From the NCBI GenBank assembly GCA_029907255.1, contig JARYMF010000007.1, forward strand, positions 37,896 through 101,895: a stretch of DNA of 64,000 bases. The letters are read 5' to 3'. The notes beneath the pieces are model-generated. The model worked only from the letters and a program-made list of their open reading frames with translations. It searched no databases and was not told where the DNA came from. This stretch comes from Armatimonadota bacterium (GTDB lineage Bacteria; Armatimonadota; UBA5829; DTJY01). The position numbers and the translations under genes are program-made. Shown piece after piece: positions 9,282 through 17,848 of the stretch. How positions within the stretch are numbered: position 1 is the first letter of the stretch; each line of letters starts with the position of its first letter.

Positions 9282-11000
9282 GTGGCTTTGCCAAGTGGAG
9301 CCCCGATGCCTCGGGGACAGCCAGATAGTATCGGGAAAGATGACGTTCAGTCTGCACCGCCATTTGAGTTAATTGTGGCACACTTGATGGGCGGCTCAGA
9401 CGCTGTGGTTGAGACGGATGAGGAAAGGGCTGGACAGCAGGTGCCCGACGTTGGCAATGGTGAAAGTGAGAGCGCCGGCCAACTATCCAAAACGATGGAT
9501 GCAAGCCTTCAAATCGAGTTCCTGCTGGGGTCCTTCAGAGAAGCGGTTGGCGAAGCAGTTCCATTAGGAAGCGAAGAAGATAAAACGTTGGTTTTTGATG
9601 CAAAGCAGGATTGGATGCTACCAAAAATGTTGGGTGGTGCATCTAGCCTGACATCAGAAAAGCCAGTGTCTGTTTTGCTTTCAAAGACTGCCTCGCTATC
9701 TACTCCAACGCAACTGGCGCCAGATGCCGCACGGCTTCCTAGCGGTACTGAAATCGCGATGGATAGAGCGGCTGGCGAGTTGGCGGCTATTCAGCCCACG
9801 TCTTGGTCTAGCATTGCGGATGTCCGTAGGTTAAGTAACCTACCAGACGGCATTCAGGTTAGAGATGGAAAGGTGACCCCACAGCTATCGTCTTCCAAAT
9901 CGGATTCACGGGATGCCCTGCTAGAAATGCTGGGGCCTAAACTAACTTTGACCTACAGTGCGACTCGTTCGTTGCAACTCGATGGTTCTGCGATGCTGGA
10001 GAGTGTCCCGATTTTTCTTCAAACGGGACAGGCTAGGGAACTGGTTGCGTTTATGAATACGCACTCAGATACCATAGAAAGGACAAACCTGGCCAGTCAA
10101 TCTAACAATGCATCCCAAGCAAGGACTGTCTTTGCCGAAGCTGGTACCATGCCACTTGTCAAACCTTTGGTTGTGCATGAGTCGGCATTAGCGGCTGCTT
10201 TCTCCAATGTACAAAGCACCGCTGAGTCTGCCACTCCAGGTAGCAGTACAGCAAGAAGCAAGGAAGATAAGGTAGTGGGACATGCGCCCAAAGGTATGCT
10301 AGTTGATGCCCAAATCCTAGATGAACAGGCTTTGATTAGCCCTAGTAAGCAGGAAAACCGCATCGTAGCGGAATCAATGATGATGGATGCGTTCCAGGAT
10401 TCAAAAGATGAGTCCGCAATCTTTAGCAAGGAAGTGACCGACAAGCAAAAGGATGGTGTAGTAGGTCAGGCGGCGAGAGAAGTGCCAACCGGAGTTAATA
10501 TCCAAGGCGACCAGCTTGTGAGACCTTTTGAAAGGTTGGATGGCCATGTGCCGCCAGAGCCATTGCTGAGAGCGCATATCATTCACCAGATTGTCCGTGC
10601 TGCAAGGATGCATGTCTCCGATTCTACAGCTGACATTACGTTGCGGTTGGATCCGCCTAACCTAGGAGTTGTGCATCTGAACGTAGTAGCAGAAAGGGGC
10701 ATGGTAACTGCTAATATAAGAGTTGGCACAGAAGCAGTCAGACAGGCGCTTGAGGCGGACCTCTCGATGCTAAGAGAGTCTTTAACCAACGCGGGCATCC
10801 ATGTGGATGCAATATCAGTCACAATTGGCGATGATATGACTCCTGGTTGGGATTGGCAGCTTGGTGAGCATGGAAATGCTCGAAATTATAGTGCTCAAAC
10901 CAGCGGAAATCATGCGGCAATTTCTAGGGAATCCGATATTGAGACTATTCAAGATGGAATGCGCGCAGTTTCCGTTGGTAGATTCGACTATCTAGCGTAG
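9282..11000 (+). CDS. fliK: Flagellar hook-length control protein FliK (start uncertain)
   Basis: Low-complexity N-terminus; C-terminal LRLDPPNLGVVHLNV...LRESL domain; directly precedes flgD. Confidence 0.9.
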   Translation: MALPSGAPMPRGQPDSIGKDDVQSAPPFELIVAHLMGGSDAVVETDEERAGQQVPDVGNGESESAGQLSKTMDASLQIEFLLGSFREAVGEAVPLGSEEDKTLVFDAKQDWMLPKMLGGASSLTSEKPVSVLLSKTASLSTPTQLAPDAARLPSGTEIAMDRAAGELAAIQPTSWSSIADVRRLSNLPDGIQVRDGKVTPQLSSSKSDSRDALLEMLGPKLTLTYSATRSLQLDGSAMLESVPIFLQTGQARELVAFMNTHSDTIERTNLASQSNNASQARTVFAEAGTMPLVKPLVVHESALAAAFSNVQSTAESATPGSSTARSKEDKVVGHAPKGMLVDAQILDEQALISPSKQENRIVAESMMMDAFQDSKDESAIFSKEVTDKQKDGVVGQAAREVPTGVNIQGDQLVRPFERLDGHVPPEPLLRAHIIHQIVRAARMHVSDSTADITLRLDPPNLGVVHLNVVAERGMVTANIRVGTEAVRQALEADLSMLRESLTNAGIHVDAISVTIGDDMTPGWDWQLGEHGNARNYSAQTSGNHAAISRESDIETIQDGMRAVSVGRFDYLA

Positions 11001-11012
11001 GAGGAATTGCGA

Positions 11013-11417
11013 ATGATAACCCCTTTAACTGAAATTAACGGGGCGAGTAACTCAAATATGAAAGCGGCTGTGGAAAAGCCGCTCGACCGCGATGCCTTCT
11101 TGAAGCTGCTTATCACTCAATTGAGATATCAGGATCCGCTTAGACCTATGGAAGACAAAGAGTTCATTGCGCAATTAGCTCAGTTTTCAAGCCTAGAGCA
11201 AATGCAAAATATGAACAAAAGCTTGGAAGTTTTTCTTCAAAATCAAACGGCTTTCCAAGCTATCGGGCTCATAGGTCATATTGTAGAAGGAATCGATCCT
11301 GAAAGTGGAGAGAAGGTAAACGGCGCCGTGAAGAGCATTCGTTTTGATGGTAGCACAATACTTCTCAAAGTCAATGACCGCGAACTGCCTCTCGGCGCAA
11401 TAAGCCTAGTACAATAG
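11013..11417 (+). CDS. flgD: Flagellar hook capping protein FlgD
   Basis: FLKLLITQLRYQDPLRPM and QLAQFSSLEQ motifs. Confidence 0.95.
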   Translation: MITPLTEINGASNSNMKAAVEKPLDRDAFLKLLITQLRYQDPLRPMEDKEFIAQLAQFSSLEQMQNMNKSLEVFLQNQTAFQAIGLIGHIVEGIDPESGEKVNGAVKSIRFDGSTILLKVNDRELPLGAISLVQ

Positions 11418-11436
11418 GGTTATAATATGCTGGACT

Positions 11437-11474
11437 GACACCCGAGTACGCTCATGTACTCGGGTGTCCTTTTT
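11437..11474 (+). terminator. Intrinsic terminator after flgD
   Basis: 13-bp perfect stem GACACCCGAGTAC/GTACTCGGGTGTC with a 6-nt loop, followed by CTTTTT. Confidence 0.85.
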
Positions 11475-11655
11475 CTCCCCATCCCATGTGAATTATTCCC
11501 AACCTTTGTTGCCGCTCAAGTGTAGAACTTCGGATGCTGATTTCCAATGGTAGTAAGATGTTCATCCCACCGCTTAAGAAGACATCCTTCATATATGGGT
11601 GAAGTAAGCGTAAAGTGCAACTCTTCTTTTTGCCCGTTCGAGAAGAAGCGGATGC

Positions 11656-11671
11656 TGGCACGAAAATTGCT
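11656..11671 (+). promoter_or_regulatory. Sigma-54 promoter of the cheX-like/flgE/mot/fli operon
   Basis: TGGCAC-GAAAA-TTGCT in the intergenic region after the terminator. Confidence 0.9.
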
Positions 11672-11730
11672 GTTAATGTGGCGGCGACGCGTCGTAATAC
11701 CTGTCGGCAGAAGACCCGGGAGGAGATTGT

Positions 11731-12192
11731 TTGAAAGTCGAGTATGTTAACCCATTTGTAGAGGCAGCATGTTCCGTGTTGGAGCATGTTTCGGGCACAT
11801 TAGTCAAGCCTGGTGATTTGTGCCTGCTTGGAAACCCTTTTGGTGCTGCTAGCATCAACATAGCCACAAGAGTTGAAGGAACCCTTTGCGGCATTGTGGT
11901 TCATAGCATGGCGGGTTTGACGGCTCGGCAGCTTGTAAGCCGCATAACCGGAAAGCAGTGCCAGGGCGTTGGCAGGGTGATGGGCGCAGGCTTAACCCAG
12001 CTTGGAATGATGTTTGTTGAGGTAGCTAGCAGGACGCTAGCGAAATACGGCTATCGCTGTGGACTCAGCAGCCCTACCATTTTCCATGGGCTGAATGTGG
12101 AGTTCATGTCTGAATCGCCTGCTTTGAGTATACCGCTAGAGACGGGAGCTGGCGAGGTGAATGTGAGTGTGGCGGTGAGAGGTAATGAGTAA
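11731..12192 (+). CDS. cheX: CheX-family protein, catalytic motif degenerate
   Basis: MKVEYVNPFVEAACSVL N-terminus, SSPTI and IPLETGAG; the ExxN position reads QLGM. Confidence 0.8.
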   Translation: MKVEYVNPFVEAACSVLEHVSGTLVKPGDLCLLGNPFGAASINIATRVEGTLCGIVVHSMAGLTARQLVSRITGKQCQGVGRVMGAGLTQLGMMFVEVASRTLAKYGYRCGLSSPTIFHGLNVEFMSESPALSIPLETGAGEVNVSVAVRGNE

Positions 12193-12565
12193 AATCACTC
12201 CAGGAATACAAATAGAACGCTCAAATATAGAGAGACCTGTGCCGATTCGACATGGTAAAGCAAATCATGGTGGTTTTGCTTCGGCATTGGCTAAAGAAAG
12301 TGAGCGTCTGGAAGGGTTGAAGATTTCCTCGCATGCCCAAAAAAGGCTCAACTCCTCAAACGTTGCTTTGTCGGAGTCGGATATTCGGCGCATTGATGGG
12401 GCTGTTCAGCGCGCCAGTGAAAAGGGCGCAAATCAGTCGCTAATAATGCTTGATAATCTGGCTCTTATTGTGAGTGTCAAAAATCGCGTCGTCATTACAG
12501 CAATTGATGAGGCTCGCAACAAAGAGGGAATCTTCACGAACATAGACAGCGTGGTAATCGCTTAA
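12185..12565 (+). CDS. Flagellar operon protein (TIGR02530/YqxD-like)
   Basis: KISSHAQKRL, ALIVSVKNRVVITA and IFTNIDSVVI motifs; lies just before flgE. Confidence 0.85.
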   Translation: MSKITPGIQIERSNIERPVPIRHGKANHGGFASALAKESERLEGLKISSHAQKRLNSSNVALSESDIRRIDGAVQRASEKGANQSLIMLDNLALIVSVKNRVVITAIDEARNKEGIFTNIDSVVIA

Positions 12566-12612
12566 GGAGGTGAGGTTAGAACCAGAAAAACTTACGTTCA
12601 CAAAATATATTT

Positions 12613-12665
12613 GGGGTCGGACCTCTACTGAGGAGACCCCGTGCCGCTTGATAGGCGAGCGGCAC
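12613..12665 (+). ncRNA. Putative structured cis-regulatory RNA in the flgE leader
   Basis: Two abutting hairpins, GGGGTC-GGA-CCTC-TACT-GAGG-A-GACCCC and GTGCCGCTTG-ATAGG-CGAGCGGCAC; no U-tract. Confidence 0.6.
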
Positions 12666-12713
12666 ACAAAGTCAAGCTCATTTATCGAGTTTCTTCAGGA
12701 GGTCAATTAGAGC

Positions 12714-13964
12714 ATGATTCAAGCAATGTACAATGGTGTCTCGGGCTTACGAGCTCACAAGACACAAATGGACGTAATTAGCAACAACGTTGCTAATATC
12801 AATACGGTTGGCTTTAAAGCCAGCAGGGTGAACTTTAGAGAAATGCTTAGCCAAACTTTAAGAGGGGCAACCGCACCAAAATCTGGCGGATTGGGTGGAA
12901 CAGACCCCGTCCAGATAGGGTTGGGAACGAGTATAGGCAGTATTGATACTCTCTATTCCCAGGGTTCTCTCATTGCTACTGGGAAAGCTACCGATGTGGC
13001 AATTGAGGGTAGCGGTTTCTTCGTTCTTACCGACGGCCAAAGCAAATACTATACCAGAGATGGGTCTTTCCAGCTTGACTCTGAAGGCTATCTCGTATCA
13101 TCTGGTTCGGGCATGAAGGTTCTAGGCTGGGCGGCTGATCCAAATACAGGGGAAATAAACACAACCTCCCCGGTAACGTTTGAATCAGCGATACGCCTTC
13201 CTGTAGGTCAGCTAGTGATTTCACGACAGACAACCTCCATAACTTACGGAGGAAACTTAGACGCAGGTTCTGAGGCTGGACAAAGCTTTACCATAAGCGT
13301 TGAGATATACGACTCGCTGGGTGCGCCTCATACGCTTACGGTACTTTTCACAAAAACTGCAAATGACGGTGAATGGACATGGGAGGCTGGAAGTCCTGAT
13401 GCTGAGCCGGGTTCGTCTGTCGGAAGCGGAACGATAGTCTTTGATTCATCCGGTAACTGCACAACAGCAACAGGTGAGATCTCGCTAGCATTGGCATTTC
13501 CAAATGGAGCGAGCAGCCCAATTTCAGCTACGCTTGATTTTAGGGGCATTACTCAATTGGCAGGAGAGACTACCATTTGCCCGACGTCGCAAAACGGCTT
13601 GCCACTTGGTGGTTTGGATAGTTTTACAATTGGCAAGGACGGCGTCATATCAGGGTTTTTCACAAATGGTATGTGTAGTCCTCTCGGACAGATTGCCCTT
13701 GCCCAGTTTAGTAACCCATCGGGTCTAAGCCGCGTTGGCGGAAACCTGTTGGTTGAGACCAGCAATTCTGGACTACCACAGATTGGCCAAGCATCGGTTG
13801 GTAGCCTAGGGAATATCACTGCCGGTTTCCTGGAGTCATCTAATGTGGATTTGCCAACTGAGTTTGCCAATATGATAGTTGCGCAAAGAGGTTTCCAAGC
13901 AAACTCAAGAATAATTACAACCGCAGATGAAATACTTCAGGAACTGGTGCAGCTTAAGCGATAG
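12714..13964 (+). CDS. flgE: Flagellar hook protein FlgE
   Basis: GVSGL..H...MDVISNNVANINTVGFK, YTRDGSF, IYDSLG and LESSNVDL motifs. Confidence 0.95.
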   Translation: MIQAMYNGVSGLRAHKTQMDVISNNVANINTVGFKASRVNFREMLSQTLRGATAPKSGGLGGTDPVQIGLGTSIGSIDTLYSQGSLIATGKATDVAIEGSGFFVLTDGQSKYYTRDGSFQLDSEGYLVSSGSGMKVLGWAADPNTGEINTTSPVTFESAIRLPVGQLVISRQTTSITYGGNLDAGSEAGQSFTISVEIYDSLGAPHTLTVLFTKTANDGEWTWEAGSPDAEPGSSVGSGTIVFDSSGNCTTATGEISLALAFPNGASSPISATLDFRGITQLAGETTICPTSQNGLPLGGLDSFTIGKDGVISGFFTNGMCSPLGQIALAQFSNPSGLSRVGGNLLVETSNSGLPQIGQASVGSLGNITAGFLESSNVDLPTEFANMIVAQRGFQANSRIITTADEILQELVQLKR

Positions 13965-14002
13965 CACTGTGGTATTTGCCTTTCGCCGGGCATAATCGGT
14001 AA

Positions 14003-14027
14003 GGGGTGGAATTCAAAATTCCACCCC
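14003..14027 (+). other. Strong hairpin after flgE (mRNA stabiliser or weak terminator)
   Basis: GGGGTGGAATT-CAA-AATTCCACCCC, 11-bp stem, no U-tract. Confidence 0.65.
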
Positions 14028-14060
14028 AGCGATTAGCCTTGAGAAAGTAAGGTGTTGTAA

Positions 14061-14291
14061 ATGATTGCTGTGAAGCTAATAAACGGCACGGAAATAATAT
14101 TGAACTCTGATCTTATAGAGTTCATAGAAGCAACGCCGGATACGGTAATCTCGCTTTCGAACGGAAAAAAACTTATCGTTAAAGAATCCGTGTCTGAAGT
14201 TGTTGAAAAAATTATAAATTTTCGAAAGCAGATTGGCATTACCATTAAGGGATTAAAGGTTGCCAAATCTTCGTGCGTTGATGAGGACTAA
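14061..14291 (+). CDS. flbD: Flagellar protein FlbD (SwrD family)
   Basis: LNSDLIEFIEATPDTVISLSNGKKLIVKES motif; between flgE and motA. Confidence 0.9.
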   Translation: MIAVKLINGTEIILNSDLIEFIEATPDTVISLSNGKKLIVKESVSEVVEKIINFRKQIGITIKGLKVAKSSCVDED

Positions 14292-14309
14292 ATAGAGGGC
14301 AGATGAATA

Positions 14310-15095
14310 ATGGATATTGCTACCGTAGTTGGTTTAATTCTCGCATGGGGAGCAATACTAACCGCATTGATAATGGAGGGTGGTAAGGTTACAGACCTTA
14401 TCAACCCTTCTGCGTTTGTTTTAGTTGCCTTGGGTACAGCGGGTGCAACTACAATCTCGTTTTCGATGAAGCATATTCTAAGTTTGCCAGGTGTTATTCG
14501 CAACGCATTTTTCAGCAAAGAGACTGACATGCGGGAGATTATCAATACCATGGTTGAATTTGCCCGTTTGGCGCGCCGTGAAGGCATACTTGTTCTCGAG
14601 CAAGAAGCCATGAACCTTGATAACAAGTTTTTGCAAATGGGCATTCAGCTTGTAGTTGATGGCACGCCATCGGAGATGGTTCGGGAAATTCTAGAGACCG
14701 AAATAGCTTCACTTGAGGAGCGGCACAAGGTTGGTGAGAGCATTTTCTCCACTATGGGTGGATTTTCACCTACCCTTGGCATTATTGGTACGGTCATGGG
14801 TCTTATTCACATGCTCGCCAGTTTAGACGAGCCAGGAAGAATGGGACCCGCAATCGCTGCTGCATTCATTGCAACTTTATATGGTGTTTCATTTGCAAAT
14901 TTAATCTTTCTTCCTATTGGTTCGAAGCTTAAGGTGCGGACGGCCGAAGAGGTTACTACTTATGAGATGATGATTGAAGGCATTTTGTCAATTCAAGCGG
15001 GCGATAATCCGAGAATGGTAGAAGCAAAAATGATGGCTTACCTCCCACCTAAGCTCAGGCAGAACGTGACCACACATGCAGCAAGTCAGGAGTAA
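14310..15095 (+). CDS. motA: Flagellar stator protein MotA
   Basis: ARREGILVLE, PTLGIIGTVMGLI and ATLYG motifs. Confidence 0.95.
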   Translation: MDIATVVGLILAWGAILTALIMEGGKVTDLINPSAFVLVALGTAGATTISFSMKHILSLPGVIRNAFFSKETDMREIINTMVEFARLARREGILVLEQEAMNLDNKFLQMGIQLVVDGTPSEMVREILETEIASLEERHKVGESIFSTMGGFSPTLGIIGTVMGLIHMLASLDEPGRMGPAIAAAFIATLYGVSFANLIFLPIGSKLKVRTAEEVTTYEMMIEGILSIQAGDNPRMVEAKMMAYLPPKLRQNVTTHAASQE

Positions 15096-15096
15096 G

Positions 15097-15960
15097 ATGG
15101 AGCGTCGTCGTAAATCATCTGGAGGAGAAAGTGGCGGGGGCGGCCATGACGGAGGCGGCACTCTCCGTTGGTTGCTTACCTATGCAGATATGATTACGTT
15201 GTTAATGGCTTTCTTTATTATGCTCTATTCGATGTCAATTTTGAATTTGAATAAGTTTCGCCAGGTAGCTATCTCAATTAGAAGTGGTTTCGGTGGGTTT
15301 GTGGAAGGACAAGGCAAGTCTATTCTTGGGACAAGCGGACAATTTAGCGTGAAGCCAAGCCCAATAATAGGAGAAAGTGTGGGCGTGCCTTGGAAAGTAG
15401 TAAAGAAAATCCAACGGTTTGTGCAAGAAGAAGACTTAGGCAAGTCAGTTAGATTGCGCGCAGATGAGAGAGGGCTCATTGTTAGCTTAGCTACCGATGA
15501 GATTATGTTTGCCAAGGGAAGTGCAGAGTTGTCACCCAAGGCAAAGGAAATAATTGGGGTTGTCGCTGATGTCCTTAAAGACATACCAAACTCAATTCGT
15601 GTCGAAGGGCATGCCTGTAACTTGCCTGTCTCATCAGCAAAATATCCATCAAATTGGGAGCTTTCTACGGCACGTGCTACGACTGTTGTTCGATACCTAA
15701 TCGAAGTGCTTGGTTTTCCGGCAGACAGGCTTTCGGCGGCTGGTTATGCTGATACTAAGCCTATTGCGCCCAATAATTGTGAGGCAAACCGCGCGCTAAA
15801 TAGGCGTGTGGATATAGTAGTGCTAAATTCCGAATGGGAACAGCCAAGGGAGGAGTCCAATGAGCATCGTAAACGAGAAATCGGGAAGGTTGCAGATAGC
15901 AATAATAATCGCGGTGGTGCTGGCATTGGTTCTAGGAGCAGGGGCGTTCACGTTCACTAA
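15097..15960 (+). CDS. motB: Flagellar stator protein MotB
   Basis: WLLTYADMITLLMAFF TM helix; OmpA-like domain (NWELSTARA, NRRVDI). Confidence 0.95.
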   Translation: MERRRKSSGGESGGGGHDGGGTLRWLLTYADMITLLMAFFIMLYSMSILNLNKFRQVAISIRSGFGGFVEGQGKSILGTSGQFSVKPSPIIGESVGVPWKVVKKIQRFVQEEDLGKSVRLRADERGLIVSLATDEIMFAKGSAELSPKAKEIIGVVADVLKDIPNSIRVEGHACNLPVSSAKYPSNWELSTARATTVVRYLIEVLGFPADRLSAAGYADTKPIAPNNCEANRALNRRVDIVVLNSEWEQPREESNEHRKREIGKVADSNNNRGGAGIGSRSRGVHVH

Positions 15961-16315
15961 AATAATTAAAAAACCAAGTGGTAAGGCAGCTCAAGCGAAA
16001 CCAGTAGAGCTTTCCGAATGGAAATTGCCTGAATTTATAGTGAATCTAGCAGACACCGACGAGCCACGCTACCTTAAAGTCGACTTGGTGCTTGAGGTTG
16101 AAGGAAAGTGCAACAAAGGCGAGGAGGGTGGCAATGCTGAGGAGGCAAAGGCTAGGGATGCCATCATATCCGTGTTGTCTCGAAAACATTTTTCAGAGTT
16201 ACTGACAGAATCAGGCAAGAAAAGCCTCAAATCAGAACTCAAGAATGCCCTCAATTCCAGATTAAAAGATATTGAAGTAGTAAACATTTACTTTACTTCT
16301 TTTGCGATGCAATAG
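15860..16315 (+). CDS. fliL: Flagellar basal body-associated protein FliL
   Basis: N-terminal TM, FIVNLAD, RDAII and IYFTSFAMQ end. Confidence 0.93.
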   Translation: MSIVNEKSGRLQIAIIIAVVLALVLGAGAFTFTKIIKKPSGKAAQAKPVELSEWKLPEFIVNLADTDEPRYLKVDLVLEVEGKCNKGEEGGNAEEAKARDAIISVLSRKHFSELLTESGKKSLKSELKNALNSRLKDIEVVNIYFTSFAMQ

Positions 16316-16359
16316 CTAACGATTTGGTTAGTTGGCCTGCCATTTAGCAGGAAAGAATT

Positions 16360-17343
16360 ATGAAGAAACGGTTTGTGAAAAAAGAGACGGATATCTGCTC
16401 AGGGGCTATGAGCAAGTCAAGCGAAGGTGCTGTTGGAACGCCGGAGGTGCGACCATATGACTTTGTGCACCCTGATAAGCTTTCAAAGTCAAACCTTCGA
16501 GCTCTTAGGCTCGTGTTCTCAGGTTTAGAGCGCCCATGGACAGCAACTATTTCGACAAAGCTTAGAACAGAGACCCAAGCAAGCCTATTGTTCTTTGAGC
16601 AGATGCCGTTCAGTAAATATGCAGAGTCTGTACCAGAAAACACTGTTTTCTTCACTATTGTAATGCCGCCGCTCCGCGGATATGCGATTGTCGACATCTC
16701 TCCAGAGTTTGCATTGAGGTTGATCGACCGACTAGCGGGCGGCAAGGGTGAAATGCTACAGCAAGTCAGGGGACTAACTGAAATTGAACGGCGAATTACT
16801 GGACGTTTTCTTAGCAGTCTAATGCCAGGTTTTATTGATGCTTGGAAGCCTGTAACTAGCGTGGAAGCCGTCATTTCAGAATCTTTCTCGTCGGTGGAAG
16901 ATATTGAAATTGAACCACAGGAATTAGTGTTGGTTGTGGGTATGGCGTTGAATTCCGCTTTGGGTGAACATCAAATTAAAATTGTCTTGCCAGTTAGCTC
17001 TCTTGACCCTGTGCTTAAGTTATTAGACCCACAGAGGTGGTTAAAGAGCGAAACGTCGGATAAGTCAACTCCTGCGCAAACCCTAGCTATTTTGCTTAAT
17101 GATATTCCCATATCCGCATCTGTTCAATTGGGTCGGGCACAAGTCAGTGTTCAGGATGTATTAAATATGGAAGTAGGAGATGTAGTAAGGCTTGATAGCA
17201 AGGTAAATGATCCGCTCTTAGTTCGAATCGGGGATGAGGTAAGGTTCCTTGCGAGGCCTGGTCTTGTCGGCAAGCGTATATCAGTTCAGGTTATTGATAA
17301 GATTGAGCAAGGCACGGAGAAATGTGCTATTTCAGAATCATAA
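16360..17343 (+). CDS. fliM: Flagellar motor switch protein FliM (start may be 16408)
   Basis: VRPYDF..PDK, IDRLAGG, LTEIE motifs and C-terminal SPOA domain. Confidence 0.9.
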   Translation: MKKRFVKKETDICSGAMSKSSEGAVGTPEVRPYDFVHPDKLSKSNLRALRLVFSGLERPWTATISTKLRTETQASLLFFEQMPFSKYAESVPENTVFFTIVMPPLRGYAIVDISPEFALRLIDRLAGGKGEMLQQVRGLTEIERRITGRFLSSLMPGFIDAWKPVTSVEAVISESFSSVEDIEIEPQELVLVVGMALNSALGEHQIKIVLPVSSLDPVLKLLDPQRWLKSETSDKSTPAQTLAILLNDIPISASVQLGRAQVSVQDVLNMEVGDVVRLDSKVNDPLLVRIGDEVRFLARPGLVGKRISVQVIDKIEQGTEKCAISES

Positions 17344-17370
17344 TCACAACAAACAAAAGAGGTAAAGAAT

Positions 17371-17838
17371 ATGAGCCAGCAAGAAGAAAGAGCCCAAAAA
17401 AGCGAAGAAGTTGAACAGCCAGCTATGGAAGAGGTAATTCATGCTAATAAATCAATTGAATCACCGAAGGTTGAGTTATCCGTAGTAGAAGGAAATGCTG
17501 AGGAGGAAACCTCTTCGGGTAGTTCGGTAAGGTCGGTACGTTTTGGCCAAATTTCGCCGACTGCGAGTGTAGGCGATCAGAGTTCAATAGACCTTATACT
17601 TGATGTCAGTTTAGATTTAAGCGTGGAGCTTGGGCGAACTAGCATCCCTGTGCGTGATGTTCTTCAGCTTGGCCCAGGTTCGGTAATCGAACTTGACAAG
17701 TTAGCGGGAGAGCCGGTCGATATCATGGTAAACGGCAAGCTGATTGCAAGGGGCGAGGTTGTTGTCGTTGATGAAAACTTTGGTGTTCGAGTAACGGAAA
17801 TTGCAAGTTGCTCGGAGCGATTGCTCAAGGCTGCGTAG
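17371..17838 (+). CDS. fliN: Flagellar motor switch protein FliN
   Basis: IDLILDVSLDLSVELGR and GEVVVVDENFGVRVTEI motifs. Confidence 0.95.
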   Translation: MSQQEERAQKSEEVEQPAMEEVIHANKSIESPKVELSVVEGNAEEETSSGSSVRSVRFGQISPTASVGDQSSIDLILDVSLDLSVELGRTSIPVRDVLQLGPGSVIELDKLAGEPVDIMVNGKLIARGEVVVVDENFGVRVTEIASCSERLLKAA

Positions 17839-17848
17839 AGGTGTTGAG

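Noticed and set aside
11452..11787. ORFs 11452-11787 (-) and 11547-11750 (+) in the flgD-cheX gap
   Set aside because: No recognisable motifs, and they overlap a terminator and a sigma54 promoter; likely spurious.
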